Positions 39,035-48,595 of a DNA stretch of 64,000 nt are shown here, one piece after another. Positions within the stretch are counted from its first letter, which is position 1, and each line of letters starts with the position of its first letter. Under the pieces are notes generated by a model, which worked only from the letters and a program-made list of their open reading frames with translations, ran no database searches and was not told the DNA's origin. The position numbers were made by a program, and so were the translations under genes. The stretch is from an uncultured delta proteobacterium (GTDB lineage Bacteria; Myxococcota_A; Polyangia; Polyangiales; Polyangiaceae): the NCBI GenBank assembly GCA_963716725.1, contig CAVQUB010000011.1, forward strand, positions 465,271 through 529,270, in the 5' to 3' direction.

Positions 39035-39107
39035 GTGGACCGGGCAATTGTGCCAGACCCGGGTGAGTTTGGGCCAAGTGGCTGGAGGTCCCCGCTATCA
39101 TGCCCGC

Positions 39108-39695
39108 ATGAACCCGCCGGAACTTGCGCGATCGGCCGTGGCGCTCCTGGCCCGCCCGGGCTCCACCCTCGACCGCGTGGCGGCGCGGCCCTCGCCCGCG
39201 GACGCCGCCCTGCTGGTGGGCCTGACGGGAGCCCTCTGGTCGGGGTTGTGTCTTCTCTTGTGGCGTGCAGGGCACGCCCCCTCCCGGGCGCTCGTGCCCA
39301 TCGGCCGCTCGAACTACTACCTCGGGCAGGCCCTGTGGGTGATCCCGGTGCTGCTCTTCGGGTGGGTGGTGGTCGGCGGCGCCTGCCACCTGCTCTCGCG
39401 CTGGGCCGGGGGCAAGGGCACTCGGGCGAGCATGCTCGCCTGCGCGGGCTACGCCTACGCGGTCCCCCTCGCCGTCGTGTTCGTCATCCCGGATATCGTG
39501 GCGTACCTTGGCTTCGGCTTCGCCAGTCTCGCGCGACTCGTCCGCGTCACGGGCCTGGTGCTGGTCGTCGCGGAGTGGGCGCTCATGTCCCGGGCAGTCG
39601 TCGCCGCTCACCAGCTCGCGTGGTCGCGAGCGGTGCCCATCGCCCTGCTGGCCCTCCTCGTCCAGGCCGTGCTGGTCGGTCCCGTCCTGCGCTGA
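39108..39695 (+). CDS. Yip1-family membrane protein
   Basis: LLARPGST start and five hydrophobic helices. Confidence 0.65.
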   Translation: MNPPELARSAVALLARPGSTLDRVAARPSPADAALLVGLTGALWSGLCLLLWRAGHAPSRALVPIGRSNYYLGQALWVIPVLLFGWVVVGGACHLLSRWAGGKGTRASMLACAGYAYAVPLAVVFVIPDIVAYLGFGFASLARLVRVTGLVLVVAEWALMSRAVVAAHQLAWSRAVPIALLALLVQAVLVGPVLR

Positions 39696-39886
39696 CGCGC
39701 CATCGGCTAACGCCGATTGGAACTGGTCGGGCAAATGGGATGCCTCGCAGTTTCAGTCTTGCCACCCCAAATTCTTGGCGACCTCGGCGCCTTGGCGGTT
39801 CACCCAGCTTTCATCTGCGCCCACTCGCGTCGAGTTGCTGACAAGTCATTCCATTATTCTCCTGCGCGCCCTAGGCTCCACGAATC

Positions 39887-40387
39887 GTGGGCGTCGAAAT
39901 CGAGCGCAAATTCTTGGTGAGCGGGGACGCCTGGCGAGGTGCGGGGCCACGCGAGGTGATCCGCCAGGGTTACCTGTCCACCGATCCGGATCGGATCGTG
40001 AGGGTTCGACGCAGCGACGACCGCGGGTTTTTCACGGTGAAGGGCCGGGCAGCAGGCGCGCGGCGCACCGAGGTCGAATTCGAGATCCCTCACGCGCAAG
40101 CCGACGAGCTGATGACGCTGTGCAAGGGCGCCATTGTCGAGAAGATCCGCCACCACGCCCAGCACGCGGGCCACGAGTGGGTGATAGACGAATTCTCCGG
40201 GAACAACGCCGGGCTCGTGGTAGCCGAGCTCGAGGTCGGCGACGAGAGCGAGTTCGAGCGGGCGCTCGCCGCGCCGCCGGGCTGGCTCGGCCGCGATGTG
40301 ACCGACGACGCGCGGCTCTCGAACTCCGCGCTCTCGGAGCGACCCTTCGCGAGCTGGAGCGACGCCGAGCGGCGCGCGCTCGCCTGA
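39887..40387 (+). CDS. CYTH domain protein (triphosphate tunnel metalloenzyme)
   Basis: EIERKFLV, IRQGYL, VRVR, EVEFEIP, VEKIR, GLVVAELE, WLGRDVT. Confidence 0.92.
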   Translation: MGVEIERKFLVSGDAWRGAGPREVIRQGYLSTDPDRIVRVRRSDDRGFFTVKGRAAGARRTEVEFEIPHAQADELMTLCKGAIVEKIRHHAQHAGHEWVIDEFSGNNAGLVVAELEVGDESEFERALAAPPGWLGRDVTDDARLSNSALSERPFASWSDAERRALA

Positions 40388-40559
40388 AGGTCTGTCGAAG
40401 AATGGCGGAGCGCAAGCCGGCGGAGCCGGCCCACCCCGTCGGGTATCGCGAAGCGCGTCGCGTGGGGTGGGGCCCCAACGAATTCACTTCGGTGGGGCGG
40501 GGAGGCGCGTGCCTCCCCGATGACAAAGTGAAAGAGCTGTCGAATTTTCGACGGCTCTT
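40388..40559. repeat. Palindrome-rich intergenic element (MITE/REP-like)
   Basis: Imperfect terminal inverted repeats and internal hairpins gccccaacgaa...ttcggtggggc, ggggaggc..gcctcccc, aagagctgtcgaa-ttcgacggctctt. Confidence 0.5.
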
Positions 40560-40662
40560 GAGCCCTCACTGAACCAGTTCGCCCATGCCGCGCGGGCAGA
40601 CCGCCACGTACCTGGGCGGACTGCCCCCGTCCGTGTTCGGGGTGAACCCCAGTGCCGAGGCA

Positions 40663-42195
40663 TCAGGCTCGGTGGTGGTGCCGCAAGTCCCTCACTCGGC
40701 GCAGGTTCTCCCGCGCGAGCGCGAAACCGCGCTGGCGCGCGCCCAACCGGGTCACCAGGGAAAAAATTCGCGGTAGATGCTGCCAGAACGGTCCGCCCAG
40801 GCCCGCCCAGCGAAGACCGCGTTTCATCAGCCCGGCGAAGGTCGGGCTGATCACGGCATCGGCGTTTGTCATCCAGTTCGGGTGGGCGACCGCGGCCTCC
40901 ACCAGCACTTCGTAGAGCTCGTCGAAGTCGAGGCTCGGCGACAGATACCAGGAGGGCTCGAACAACGACTCGTCCGGCGAGAACCAACCCGTCTCGCGGC
41001 AGTGCCGCTCGAGGGGCGTGCCCGGATAGACCCGGATGCCGGTGGAAAACAGCACCAGATGCGAAGGCGGGATGTGCTCCTCGCAGAAGGCGAGGGTCTC
41101 GCACACCGTGTCCAGGGTCTCGCCCGGCGCTCCGATGAGGAAGAACCACCAAGTTGGGACCTCTGCATCACGAAGCGCCCTGGCGGTGCGTTCGATCGCT
41201 TTCCGCCCGAACCCCTTTTGCAGCGAGGCGAGGGTCGTCTCCGACGCGCTCTCGGGGGTGCACATCAGGTTGGAAAAACCCGCGCGCTTCATGGCGAAGA
41301 TCAGCTCGTCAGTCACCCCGGCGGGGTTGAGACCCATGGTCGACAGCTCGACGGGGAGGCTTCTCCGTTCGAGTTCACTACAGAGCGCTCGGGCGTGGCT
41401 GAGCGGCAGGTTGAAGGTCGAGTCGACGAACTCGACCTGCTTCACTCCGTGCGCAACGGCGTCCTCGATCTCGTCCGCGACGTCCCCAGGCTCCCGCAGC
41501 CGATAGCGCCGTCCTTCGATCTCGTTGTAGACGCAGTACGAGCACTCGAGCGCACAACCGCGCTTGGTCTGAATCGGATAAGGAGTGCCCATGGCGACGT
41601 AGCGTCGGAGCTCGACCCAGCGGTACGCTCGACTCCAGCGACCGCACACGAACTCCGAATTCATCGCTCGGCCGGCGGGCGGCTCTCCGCGTCGCGGACC
41701 GGAGAGCGGCAGCGCTCGAGCCTTCCGGCGCACCAACACCCCGGCGATGGCGCTTGGGTCGGTTTCCGACTCGAGCGCCCGTGCAAGCGCCGGCAGCGCG
41801 TCCTCACCCTCCCCCACGACGGCGTAGTCGGCGCCCAGGTAGTCCGTGATCTCTCCCGGACACACGTTCACGGCGGCGCCACCGACGACCAAAATCGCGC
41901 CTGGCGCGCAGGTGCGCAGCGGCACCACCACCTCTTCGCGAATTCGAGGCAGGAAGAACACGGGGTCTTCGAAGTTGCAGTTGTCGATGTTGCGGATCCC
42001 GAGGGCGATCATCTCCGGTCGGTGCCGGCGCACCGCCCGCTCGACTTGGCGCGCGGGATCGCGCTCGAAGGTGAGGTCGAGAAAACTCACCTCGTGCCCG
42101 CCGGCATCGAGCGCCGTCGCGACCAGGCACAGGCCCACCGGGATCACCGGCCACGGCATCTGTTCGCGGTTCGGGTTGATGCAGAGGATACGCAC
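40663..42195 (-). CDS. Cobalamin-binding radical SAM protein
   Basis: N-terminal B12-binding domain (GIRNIDN, VVGEGE); QTKRGCALECSYC (CxxxCxxC); FVDSTFN; RVYPGTPL. Confidence 0.92.
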   Translation of the reverse strand: MRILCINPNREQMPWPVIPVGLCLVATALDAGGHEVSFLDLTFERDPARQVERAVRRHRPEMIALGIRNIDNCNFEDPVFFLPRIREEVVVPLRTCAPGAILVVGGAAVNVCPGEITDYLGADYAVVGEGEDALPALARALESETDPSAIAGVLVRRKARALPLSGPRRGEPPAGRAMNSEFVCGRWSRAYRWVELRRYVAMGTPYPIQTKRGCALECSYCVYNEIEGRRYRLREPGDVADEIEDAVAHGVKQVEFVDSTFNLPLSHARALCSELERRSLPVELSTMGLNPAGVTDELIFAMKRAGFSNLMCTPESASETTLASLQKGFGRKAIERTARALRDAEVPTWWFFLIGAPGETLDTVCETLAFCEEHIPPSHLVLFSTGIRVYPGTPLERHCRETGWFSPDESLFEPSWYLSPSLDFDELYEVLVEAAVAHPNWMTNADAVISPTFAGLMKRGLRWAGLGGPFWQHLPRIFSLVTRLGARQRGFALARENLRRVRDLRHHHRA

Positions 42196-42296
42196 GCCGG
42201 AGACCAGGATGGCGCACGCCCGCTCCAGGTCAACCGATCGGGCGACCGCCGGCCACGGCACTTGCAGCGTACCCCGCAATCGAGCAGGTTTGAGCG

Positions 42297-42905
42297 GTGC
42301 ACAAAGCAGCTTGGCTCGCGCTCGGGTTCGGCGTGCTGGCGAGCGCGGCGTGCAAGAACGGGAGCGATCCCGAACCGAAACCCAAGCCAGACGTGGTGGT
42401 CGTGCTCGACGTCTTGCCCGGCGACTTCGTGGCCGAGAAGCAGCCCATGAAGATGTTGGTCGACGGCGACAGCGTGAAGCTCGTGGCCGCGCCCCAAGGA
42501 GGCCACGTGATCCACGTCGGGGCGCGCGTGCGTGGGCTCGCCTCGGACACGGTGAACATCCGCTCGCGCCTGCGCAACCCGAAGTCCGACGCCATCCAGA
42601 TCGAGGAAGCGCGCGACGTCGTGATGCGGCCTGTCGACGGCCAGCCAGAGTGGATGGAGCCGGATCTTCGAAGCGTGAGCCAGGTGACCCACATCCCTGC
42701 TTGTCCCAACTACGACGCCGTGGTGTTGCTCGACGCGCCCTGGATCCTCGAGGTGATCATCGACGAGATCGACGGGCCGGGACTCGGCAGCGCCCGCATC
42801 GAAGTCAAACCTGCCTGCGAGCAGTCCGACGCTAGCGCGGAGGCGAGGTGCCAGTGCGAGTGCGAGCCAGACTACGTGCTCGGAAAGTGCGCTGCTACTC
42901 CCTGA
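42297..42905 (+). CDS. Hypothetical lipoprotein
   Basis: Lipobox SAAC; APQGGHVI motif; Cys-rich C-terminus. Confidence 0.65.
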   Translation: MHKAAWLALGFGVLASAACKNGSDPEPKPKPDVVVVLDVLPGDFVAEKQPMKMLVDGDSVKLVAAPQGGHVIHVGARVRGLASDTVNIRSRLRNPKSDAIQIEEARDVVMRPVDGQPEWMEPDLRSVSQVTHIPACPNYDAVVLLDAPWILEVIIDEIDGPGLGSARIEVKPACEQSDASAEARCQCECEPDYVLGKCAATP

Positions 42906-42938
42906 GGGATCGCACCCCCGCCGAATCTGGTTCGACGG

Positions 42939-42989
42939 CGCACCTGCGCCCGCAAGGATCATCGGCAACGCACATGCGCCCACAAGAAT
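42939..42989. promoter_or_regulatory. Imperfect 21-bp direct repeat with 30-bp period upstream of the transglutaminase gene
   Basis: cgcacctgcgcccgcaaggat and cgcacatgcgcccacaagaat, 18/21 identical. Confidence 0.45.
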
Positions 42990-43038
42990 GCAAACTCCAG
43001 CGTTGAGCGTCGTTGCTCCAGCAAGTAAAGTGACGGAC

Positions 43039-44898
43039 ATGCGAGTACGTCACTTCTCTTGGGTGGTCATGGCTTTGTTCGTCGGCGCTTGCTCCAGTGA
43101 CGGGGGCGGCGACGACAGCCCGGCACCGGGCGATCAGCTCGAGCCGGAAGACGTCGGCATGGAGGGCGAAGGCAAGTTCGACGCGTGGGACGCCGCGAAC
43201 AACCCGGCCAACGTCGATCCGAACTTCGCGTACCACGTGCATCAGCTGCCGCTCGACGGTCACGGCCAGGTGCCGGTGCCCGGTGACTATTGGGCGACGC
43301 AGAAGGACAACCTCAACCACGAGTGGGACGGCCCGGGGTCCTCGCCCGCGGAGAAGTACGCCAAGGCCTTCGGCAAGGACGCCGTGCCGGCCAACATCAC
43401 CAAGCTGCACGGCATCGAGTCGGCGTCGTATCAAAAAGAGTGCACGTCGGGCGGCAACGAGTGCGCTGGCTCCGACGACGGCGGCTCCTGCTCGATCCCG
43501 AAGGGCGCCACCAAGGGTCGTTGCATCCCCGGCTGGTGGGGCATCTGTCACGGCTGGGCCCCCTACGCGCTGGTCGAGCCGGCGGCGAAGAACGCGGTCG
43601 TCAAGAACGGCGTCACCTTCTATCCAGGTGACCTCGAGGGCCTGATGTCGCTGATGTACACCAACGTCGACACCAAGTTCGTGTCGCGCCGGTGCAACAA
43701 GAAAGATCCGGTTACTGACGGGACCGGTCGCATCACCGCGACCGAGTGCCGCGACATGAACCCGGGTTCGTGGCACGTGCTCACCACCAACATGATGGGC
43801 TTGCGCCGCCAGGGCTTCGTGATCGACGCGACCTACGACGCGCAGGTCTGGAACCAGCCCTCGTACGGCTACAAGGTGACCAACCCCGAGGACGGCAAGC
43901 TCAAGGAGATCACCAAAGACGAGGCCATCTCCATGCTGGGCGCCAACCTGACGATGACGGCTCTGTTCCCGACCTCGAAGGTCAAGAAGGACGAGACCAA
44001 GACCGGCGAGTACACGGCGACCACGGCCGGCGACTACATCATCAAGCTCACGGGCAGCGGCGACGCGGATCTCCACGTCAAGAAGGGCACCGCGGCGAGC
44101 GAGTCGGACTACGACTGCCGGCCTTACGGCGGCAACTCCAACGAGGAGTGCACCATCACGCTGGCGGCTGGCGAGAAGGCCTTCTACCTCGTCAAGGGCT
44201 ACGGCGCGGAGAGCGACGTACAGCTCGGCGTGGCCGTTCCCGGCACCAGCGGCGACTACACCTACAACACGCTCGCCAAGCGCTTCTACTACGTCGAGAT
44301 GGACTTCACCTACATCGTCGAGTCGAAGCCCGCGCAGCAGTCGCACGTCGATCAGGCGCTCACCAGCTACGCCACCACCAAGCACTACAAGTACATCCTG
44401 GAGGCAGACGACGGCGGCAAGATCATCGGCGGCGAGTGGGTCGCTGAGAGCCGCACCAACCACCCCGACTTCGCGTGGTGGTCCACGGGCAAGCCGAAGA
44501 GCGCGCAGGCCGGCGGCCTCATCACCTACGCCGAGGTCAAGGCACTAAACGACGAGTCAGCGGCAACTCCGCCGGTGGACGAGGAAGCGACCCTCATGGA
44601 CGGCGTCGTCGTCAAGCAGTCCGGAACGAGCTGGGCGTCCAAGTACGGCTCGATAGTCGTTGAGCAGGGCTTCAAGAAGCTCGAGGTCACCATGACCGGC
44701 ACCGGCGCCGCAGAACTCTACGTCCGCGCCGGCCGCAACCCGACCGTCTATTCGAACGACTGCAAGTCGACGACGGCCGACACGGCGAGCCAGACCTGCA
44801 CCGTCAACGTCTCGTTCAATGGCAACACCTACTTCGTGCGCGCACGAAGCAAGACGCCGGGCACGACGGTTACCATCAAGGCCAAGAAGCTCAACTGA
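43039..44898 (+). CDS. Transglutaminase-elicitor (GP42-like) lipoprotein with two PPC domains
   Basis: Lipobox VGAC; SPAEKYAKAFG, IPGWWGICHGWAP, RDMNPGSWH, VWNQP, IIGGEW, HPDFAW; PPC motif GSGDADLHVK...YDCRPY..NSNEEC. Confidence 0.88.
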   Translation: MRVRHFSWVVMALFVGACSSDGGGDDSPAPGDQLEPEDVGMEGEGKFDAWDAANNPANVDPNFAYHVHQLPLDGHGQVPVPGDYWATQKDNLNHEWDGPGSSPAEKYAKAFGKDAVPANITKLHGIESASYQKECTSGGNECAGSDDGGSCSIPKGATKGRCIPGWWGICHGWAPYALVEPAAKNAVVKNGVTFYPGDLEGLMSLMYTNVDTKFVSRRCNKKDPVTDGTGRITATECRDMNPGSWHVLTTNMMGLRRQGFVIDATYDAQVWNQPSYGYKVTNPEDGKLKEITKDEAISMLGANLTMTALFPTSKVKKDETKTGEYTATTAGDYIIKLTGSGDADLHVKKGTAASESDYDCRPYGGNSNEECTITLAAGEKAFYLVKGYGAESDVQLGVAVPGTSGDYTYNTLAKRFYYVEMDFTYIVESKPAQQSHVDQALTSYATTKHYKYILEADDGGKIIGGEWVAESRTNHPDFAWWSTGKPKSAQAGGLITYAEVKALNDESAATPPVDEEATLMDGVVVKQSGTSWASKYGSIVVEQGFKKLEVTMTGTGAAELYVRAGRNPTVYSNDCKSTTADTASQTCTVNVSFNGNTYFVRARSKTPGTTVTIKAKKLN

Positions 44899-44920
44899 GC
44901 TCGGACCTCGCCGACAAACG

Positions 44921-44960
44921 CGCACGCGCCGGACTGGTTTCCGGCGCGTGTGTCGTTTTG
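44921..44960 (+). terminator. Intrinsic terminator-like hairpin
   Basis: 13-bp stem cgcacgcgccgga / tccggcgcgtgtg followed by tcgttttg, 22 bp after the stop. Confidence 0.65.
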
Positions 44961-45092
44961 TAGCTCCCCCAACCACGGCCCACGGCGCCACCCTCCGGGC
45001 GATTGAGCTTGGCCGCGGCGACAGGTGCGGATGATGACACGGTCTTTCGCCGCGGATTGACGCCGCCGAAGTTTTCGCAGAAAGGTCTGATC

Positions 45093-46130
45093 ATGCGCTC
45101 CAATCACTTCTTGTCGGTCTTGGGTTTCGCGTTCGTGGTCGCTGGCATGTCAGCGGCTTGTGGCTCGGATGGCAGCTCATCGTCCCCCGGTGGTGGTGGC
45201 AGCGGGAACTTCGGCGGAACGGGCGCGACCGGCGGCGGTGGCGCGACCGGTGGAAGTGGCGGAGCGACCGGCGGCGCCGCTGGCTCGAGCGGTGCGGGTG
45301 GCACGGCGACGGGCGGGGCGGCCGGGAGCGGCGGTGGTACCAGCGACGCGGGAACCGACGGCGGCGGCACGCCGGGAGATCACTTGCTGATCAGCGAAGT
45401 GGGCATCGAGCCGGGCGGCGCCGAGTTCATCGAGATCTACAACCCCACCAGCGCCGAGGTCGATCTCGCCAACTATTACCTGGCGGACAACTCCGCGTAC
45501 CACAAGGTGACGAGCGGACCGTGGAACCCCCAGGGCACTGCGGGCACCGACTTCTTGGTGCGCTTCCCCGGCGGAGCCAAGCTCGCGGCGGGCGCAGTGC
45601 TGGTCGTGGCCCCGGAAAACGCGGCGGGCAACGCGAGCTTCGAGGCGACGTTTGGCAAGTGCCCGACGTACACGATGAACAAGAACGCGACGCCGCTCAC
45701 CTGCGCGAGCAAGAGCGTGCTGGCGATGACCATTCCGCCCAATGGCAGCGTCGGTGATCAGGCGGCGGCGCTCCTCAGCAATGAGCGCGAGATGGTCGTC
45801 TTGTTCCGCTGGGACGGCAGCGCCTCCAAAGTGGAAGACGTCGACTACGTGACCTGGGGCGCGACCTACGACGCCAACACTCGCATCGACAAGACCGCGG
45901 TCGCTGGCTACCAGCCCGACACCAAGGCCGCCAATCAGAAGCCTGCCGTCCACGGTGTCGCCGGCGACGGCGGCGCGACGCTGGCCATCCAGCGCTGCGC
46001 CATCGAGGCCAGTGAGAAGCTCTCTGGCGGCAACGGGCTGACCGGCCACGACGAGACCAGCGAAGATCTCGGCGCCAGCTTCAAGTCTCAGTCCTCACCC
46101 AGCCCGGGCACGAAGAACAGCTGCCTGTAG
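45093..46130 (+). CDS. Lamin tail domain lipoprotein
   Basis: Lipobox SAAC, Gly-rich linker, LLISEV...EFIEIYNPT...VDLANYYLAD. Confidence 0.85.
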   Translation: MRSNHFLSVLGFAFVVAGMSAACGSDGSSSSPGGGGSGNFGGTGATGGGGATGGSGGATGGAAGSSGAGGTATGGAAGSGGGTSDAGTDGGGTPGDHLLISEVGIEPGGAEFIEIYNPTSAEVDLANYYLADNSAYHKVTSGPWNPQGTAGTDFLVRFPGGAKLAAGAVLVVAPENAAGNASFEATFGKCPTYTMNKNATPLTCASKSVLAMTIPPNGSVGDQAAALLSNEREMVVLFRWDGSASKVEDVDYVTWGATYDANTRIDKTAVAGYQPDTKAANQKPAVHGVAGDGGATLAIQRCAIEASEKLSGGNGLTGHDETSEDLGASFKSQSSPSPGTKNSCL

Positions 46131-46136
46131 AGGTCG

Positions 46137-47030
46137 CTACGAGGCCGGCCGCGCGGGTCGCACGACCAGCCCGACTGCGGCGAGCACGAGCGCCAATCCG
46201 ACGAGGGTCGATGCGCGCAGGGTTTCGCCGCCAACCGCCCAGCCCAAGGTCAGGGCGATGACCGGCGTGATGTAGGCGATGAGCGCGAGCTTGTGCGCCG
46301 CCGCGTAGCGCAGGAGCCAAAAATATACGCCGAAAGTGAACGCCGTTCCGGCGAGGGCGAGGTACGCGATGCTCGCGATCGCGGCCGGAGTCCAGTGTGT
46401 CGGCGCGTCCCGCTCCGTCGAGAGCGCGACCGCCGCCAAGACTGCCGCGCCGATCCACATCGCATCGCGGTTCATCAGCACCGAGCTCGCACCTTGGCCA
46501 AAGCGCTTGACCACGGTCGTGCCCGCCACCGAGACAATCGGACTCACGAAGAGGACCAGAGCGGCCGGGGTGGCTCCCGCTCCCAGGGCGGCCACGTCGT
46601 TCTGAAAGAGCACCAACAGCCCCGAGAAGCCCAGCCCGAACCCGAGCCAACTGCGTCGGCCCAAACGTTCGTTCTGCAAGAACAAGTGCGCGCTCACGGC
46701 CATCAAGATCGGAAACACACCCCAGAGCACTGCTACCAACCCCGAGGGCAGTCGGGTCTCGCACCAATAGACGACGCCGTATGAAGCGGCGAAATTCGTC
46801 AGCCCCGAGACTGCCGAGACCCACCAGCGCGGTCGCGTCCCGCCTTCGCGCCGCGCCATGACCGCGGCGACCACCGACATCGCCGCGGCCGCCAGCGCAA
46901 AGCGCGCCGCGGCCGAGGTGAAGGGCGGCAGGTCGCGCAAGCCCCCGCGGATCACCAGCCACGTGCTGCCCCAGACCGCACAGAGCAGCGCCACGAGCGC
47001 GGTGGTGACTGAACGACTCGGAGCAGGCAT
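46137..47030 (-). CDS. EamA/DMT family transporter
   Basis: VWGSTWLVI, PPFTSAAARF, about 10 TM helices, AYITPVIAL. Confidence 0.9.
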   Translation of the reverse strand: MPAPSRSVTTALVALLCAVWGSTWLVIRGGLRDLPPFTSAAARFALAAAAMSVVAAVMARREGGTRPRWWVSAVSGLTNFAASYGVVYWCETRLPSGLVAVLWGVFPILMAVSAHLFLQNERLGRRSWLGFGLGFSGLLVLFQNDVAALGAGATPAALVLFVSPIVSVAGTTVVKRFGQGASSVLMNRDAMWIGAAVLAAVALSTERDAPTHWTPAAIASIAYLALAGTAFTFGVYFWLLRYAAAHKLALIAYITPVIALTLGWAVGGETLRASTLVGLALVLAAVGLVVRPARPAS

Positions 47031-47037
47031 GTCGACG

Positions 47038-48115
47038 CTAGTGCGTTCGCGCCTCGTCCCCGACGTAGAGCTCGACCGTGTCGTCGTCGGACGACCGACG
47101 CAGAGCGATCACGTCGCGGGCGTCCACGGATGCGGCAACCAAGTTCGAGCTCGTGGTCAAGACCCACTGCACGCCCGGCAACGCGCGGCTCAGCGCCGCG
47201 GTGAGACCCGCTTGGGCCGCGCCATCTTGGTGCAAGTCGGCCTCGTCAATGGCCACGACTCCCTCCGAGGTCCGCGGATCGTGTCCGGGGTACGCGGCCC
47301 AGAGCAGCCGGGTCGAGAGCGCCGCGAATGCCACCAAATGGCGCGCTCGCGTCGGCAAGGCGTCGAAGAAGCGGTCCCGCCCTTCCGAATCGATGAACAC
47401 CGGCTCGAAGCTCGAGGCGTCGAGTCCGCGGTACGCGAACCCCGAGAGCGATACCAAGTGGTCGACCGCCGAATGCATGGCGCTTCCCAGCAGATCGAGT
47501 CGCCGGCCGCGGTCGCCGCCCCCCCGCGACAGAGATGCGCCGATGGCCGCGTAGGCCAGTGCCTGCTTGGTCTCCCGCGTGAGATCGGCCCGAGCGGCCT
47601 CGTCGATGCTGCTCGGACCGCGCACGTCGTAGCGCGCGACGGTTCGCCCGGGAGCGGTCAGCGCCAAGGGCTGCCGCGAAAAAAATCGGTGGGCGGGAAG
47701 AAACAAGAACGCGAAGCCTCCGCCCAGGGCGCGCTTGTCGAACAAGACCTGCTCGCGGCGGCGAAAGGTCTCTTCCTCGTCGCTCGCTCCGAGCCGTGCG
47801 CCGGGCGTTCCGACGCGAAGCGCGTGGGGGCGATCGGGATCGTCCTGCCCTAGCCAGTACTCGCAGATCGCCTGGGGCACAGAAGCACGCGGCAGCGCCG
47901 GATTCTGGCGGGGCGCCGCCGAGCACCCCGGGGGAAAGCACCACGGCATTGCCGGGTCTCGTCGCGGCGATGGCGGCGAGCAACGTGGTCTTGCCGACGC
48001 CACCGGCGCCGACGACGACCACCACCCGTCGAGGCCGGCCCTCGTCGTCCGAAAAGGGCAGCGCGAGGTCCTCGAAGGGACCCACCCCGACGAGGCGAAC
48101 CGAGCTGAGCTGCAT
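47038..48115 (-). CDS. ABC/SMC-like AAA ATPase (AAA_21/AAA_15-like), frameshift near 47880-47940
   Basis: VGPFEDL and Walker A GAGGVGKTT in one frame; Walker B VVAIDEADLH and QWVLTTSS in another. Confidence 0.75.
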
Positions 48116-48161
48116 ACGCCGCTCGGAGTGTAGCGCGAAGCGTGCGAAAGTCGTGGGACGA

Positions 48162-48591
48162 ATGCAGCTCCGTACCGAGATCGAAATCGACGCGCCTCCC
48201 AGCCGAGTCTGGGACGTGCTGGTGCGCTTCGCCGAGTACCCGGACTGGAATCCGCACCTGATATCCGTCGACGGGGAGCTGACCGTGGGCGCTCGACTGA
48301 CGCTCGCCCACACCTCCAGCGACGGCAGCGAGTGGAAACAACGCGCCACGGTGGTGACGGTCGAAGCGCCGCACTGCTTGCGCTATCGCAGCAAGTTCCT
48401 GGTCCGCCGCCTCTTCGATGGCGAGCACTACTTCGAGCTCATCGCCCTGGACGGAGGCCGAACACGTCTGATTCAGGGAGAGGATTCTGCGTGGTGCGCT
48501 GGTCCAGCACATGGGTCAGCGGCTGACCGCGATGGCGCGGGGCTTCGTCGGAATGAACGAGGCGCTGAAGAGGCGCGTCGAGTCGGGCTGA
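48162..48591 (+). CDS. SRPBCC/START-fold protein, frameshift near 48485
   Basis: TEIEIDAPPSRVWDVL...YPDWNP, FDGEHYFEL; tail GFVGMNEALKRRVE in shifted frame. Confidence 0.82.
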
Positions 48592-48595
48592 GGGC

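Noticed and set aside
47038..48115. AAA ATPase as part of an anti-phage system (Septu/PARIS/retron type)
   Set aside because: No HNH, TOPRIM or RT partner adjacent; neighbours are EamA and SRPBCC genes
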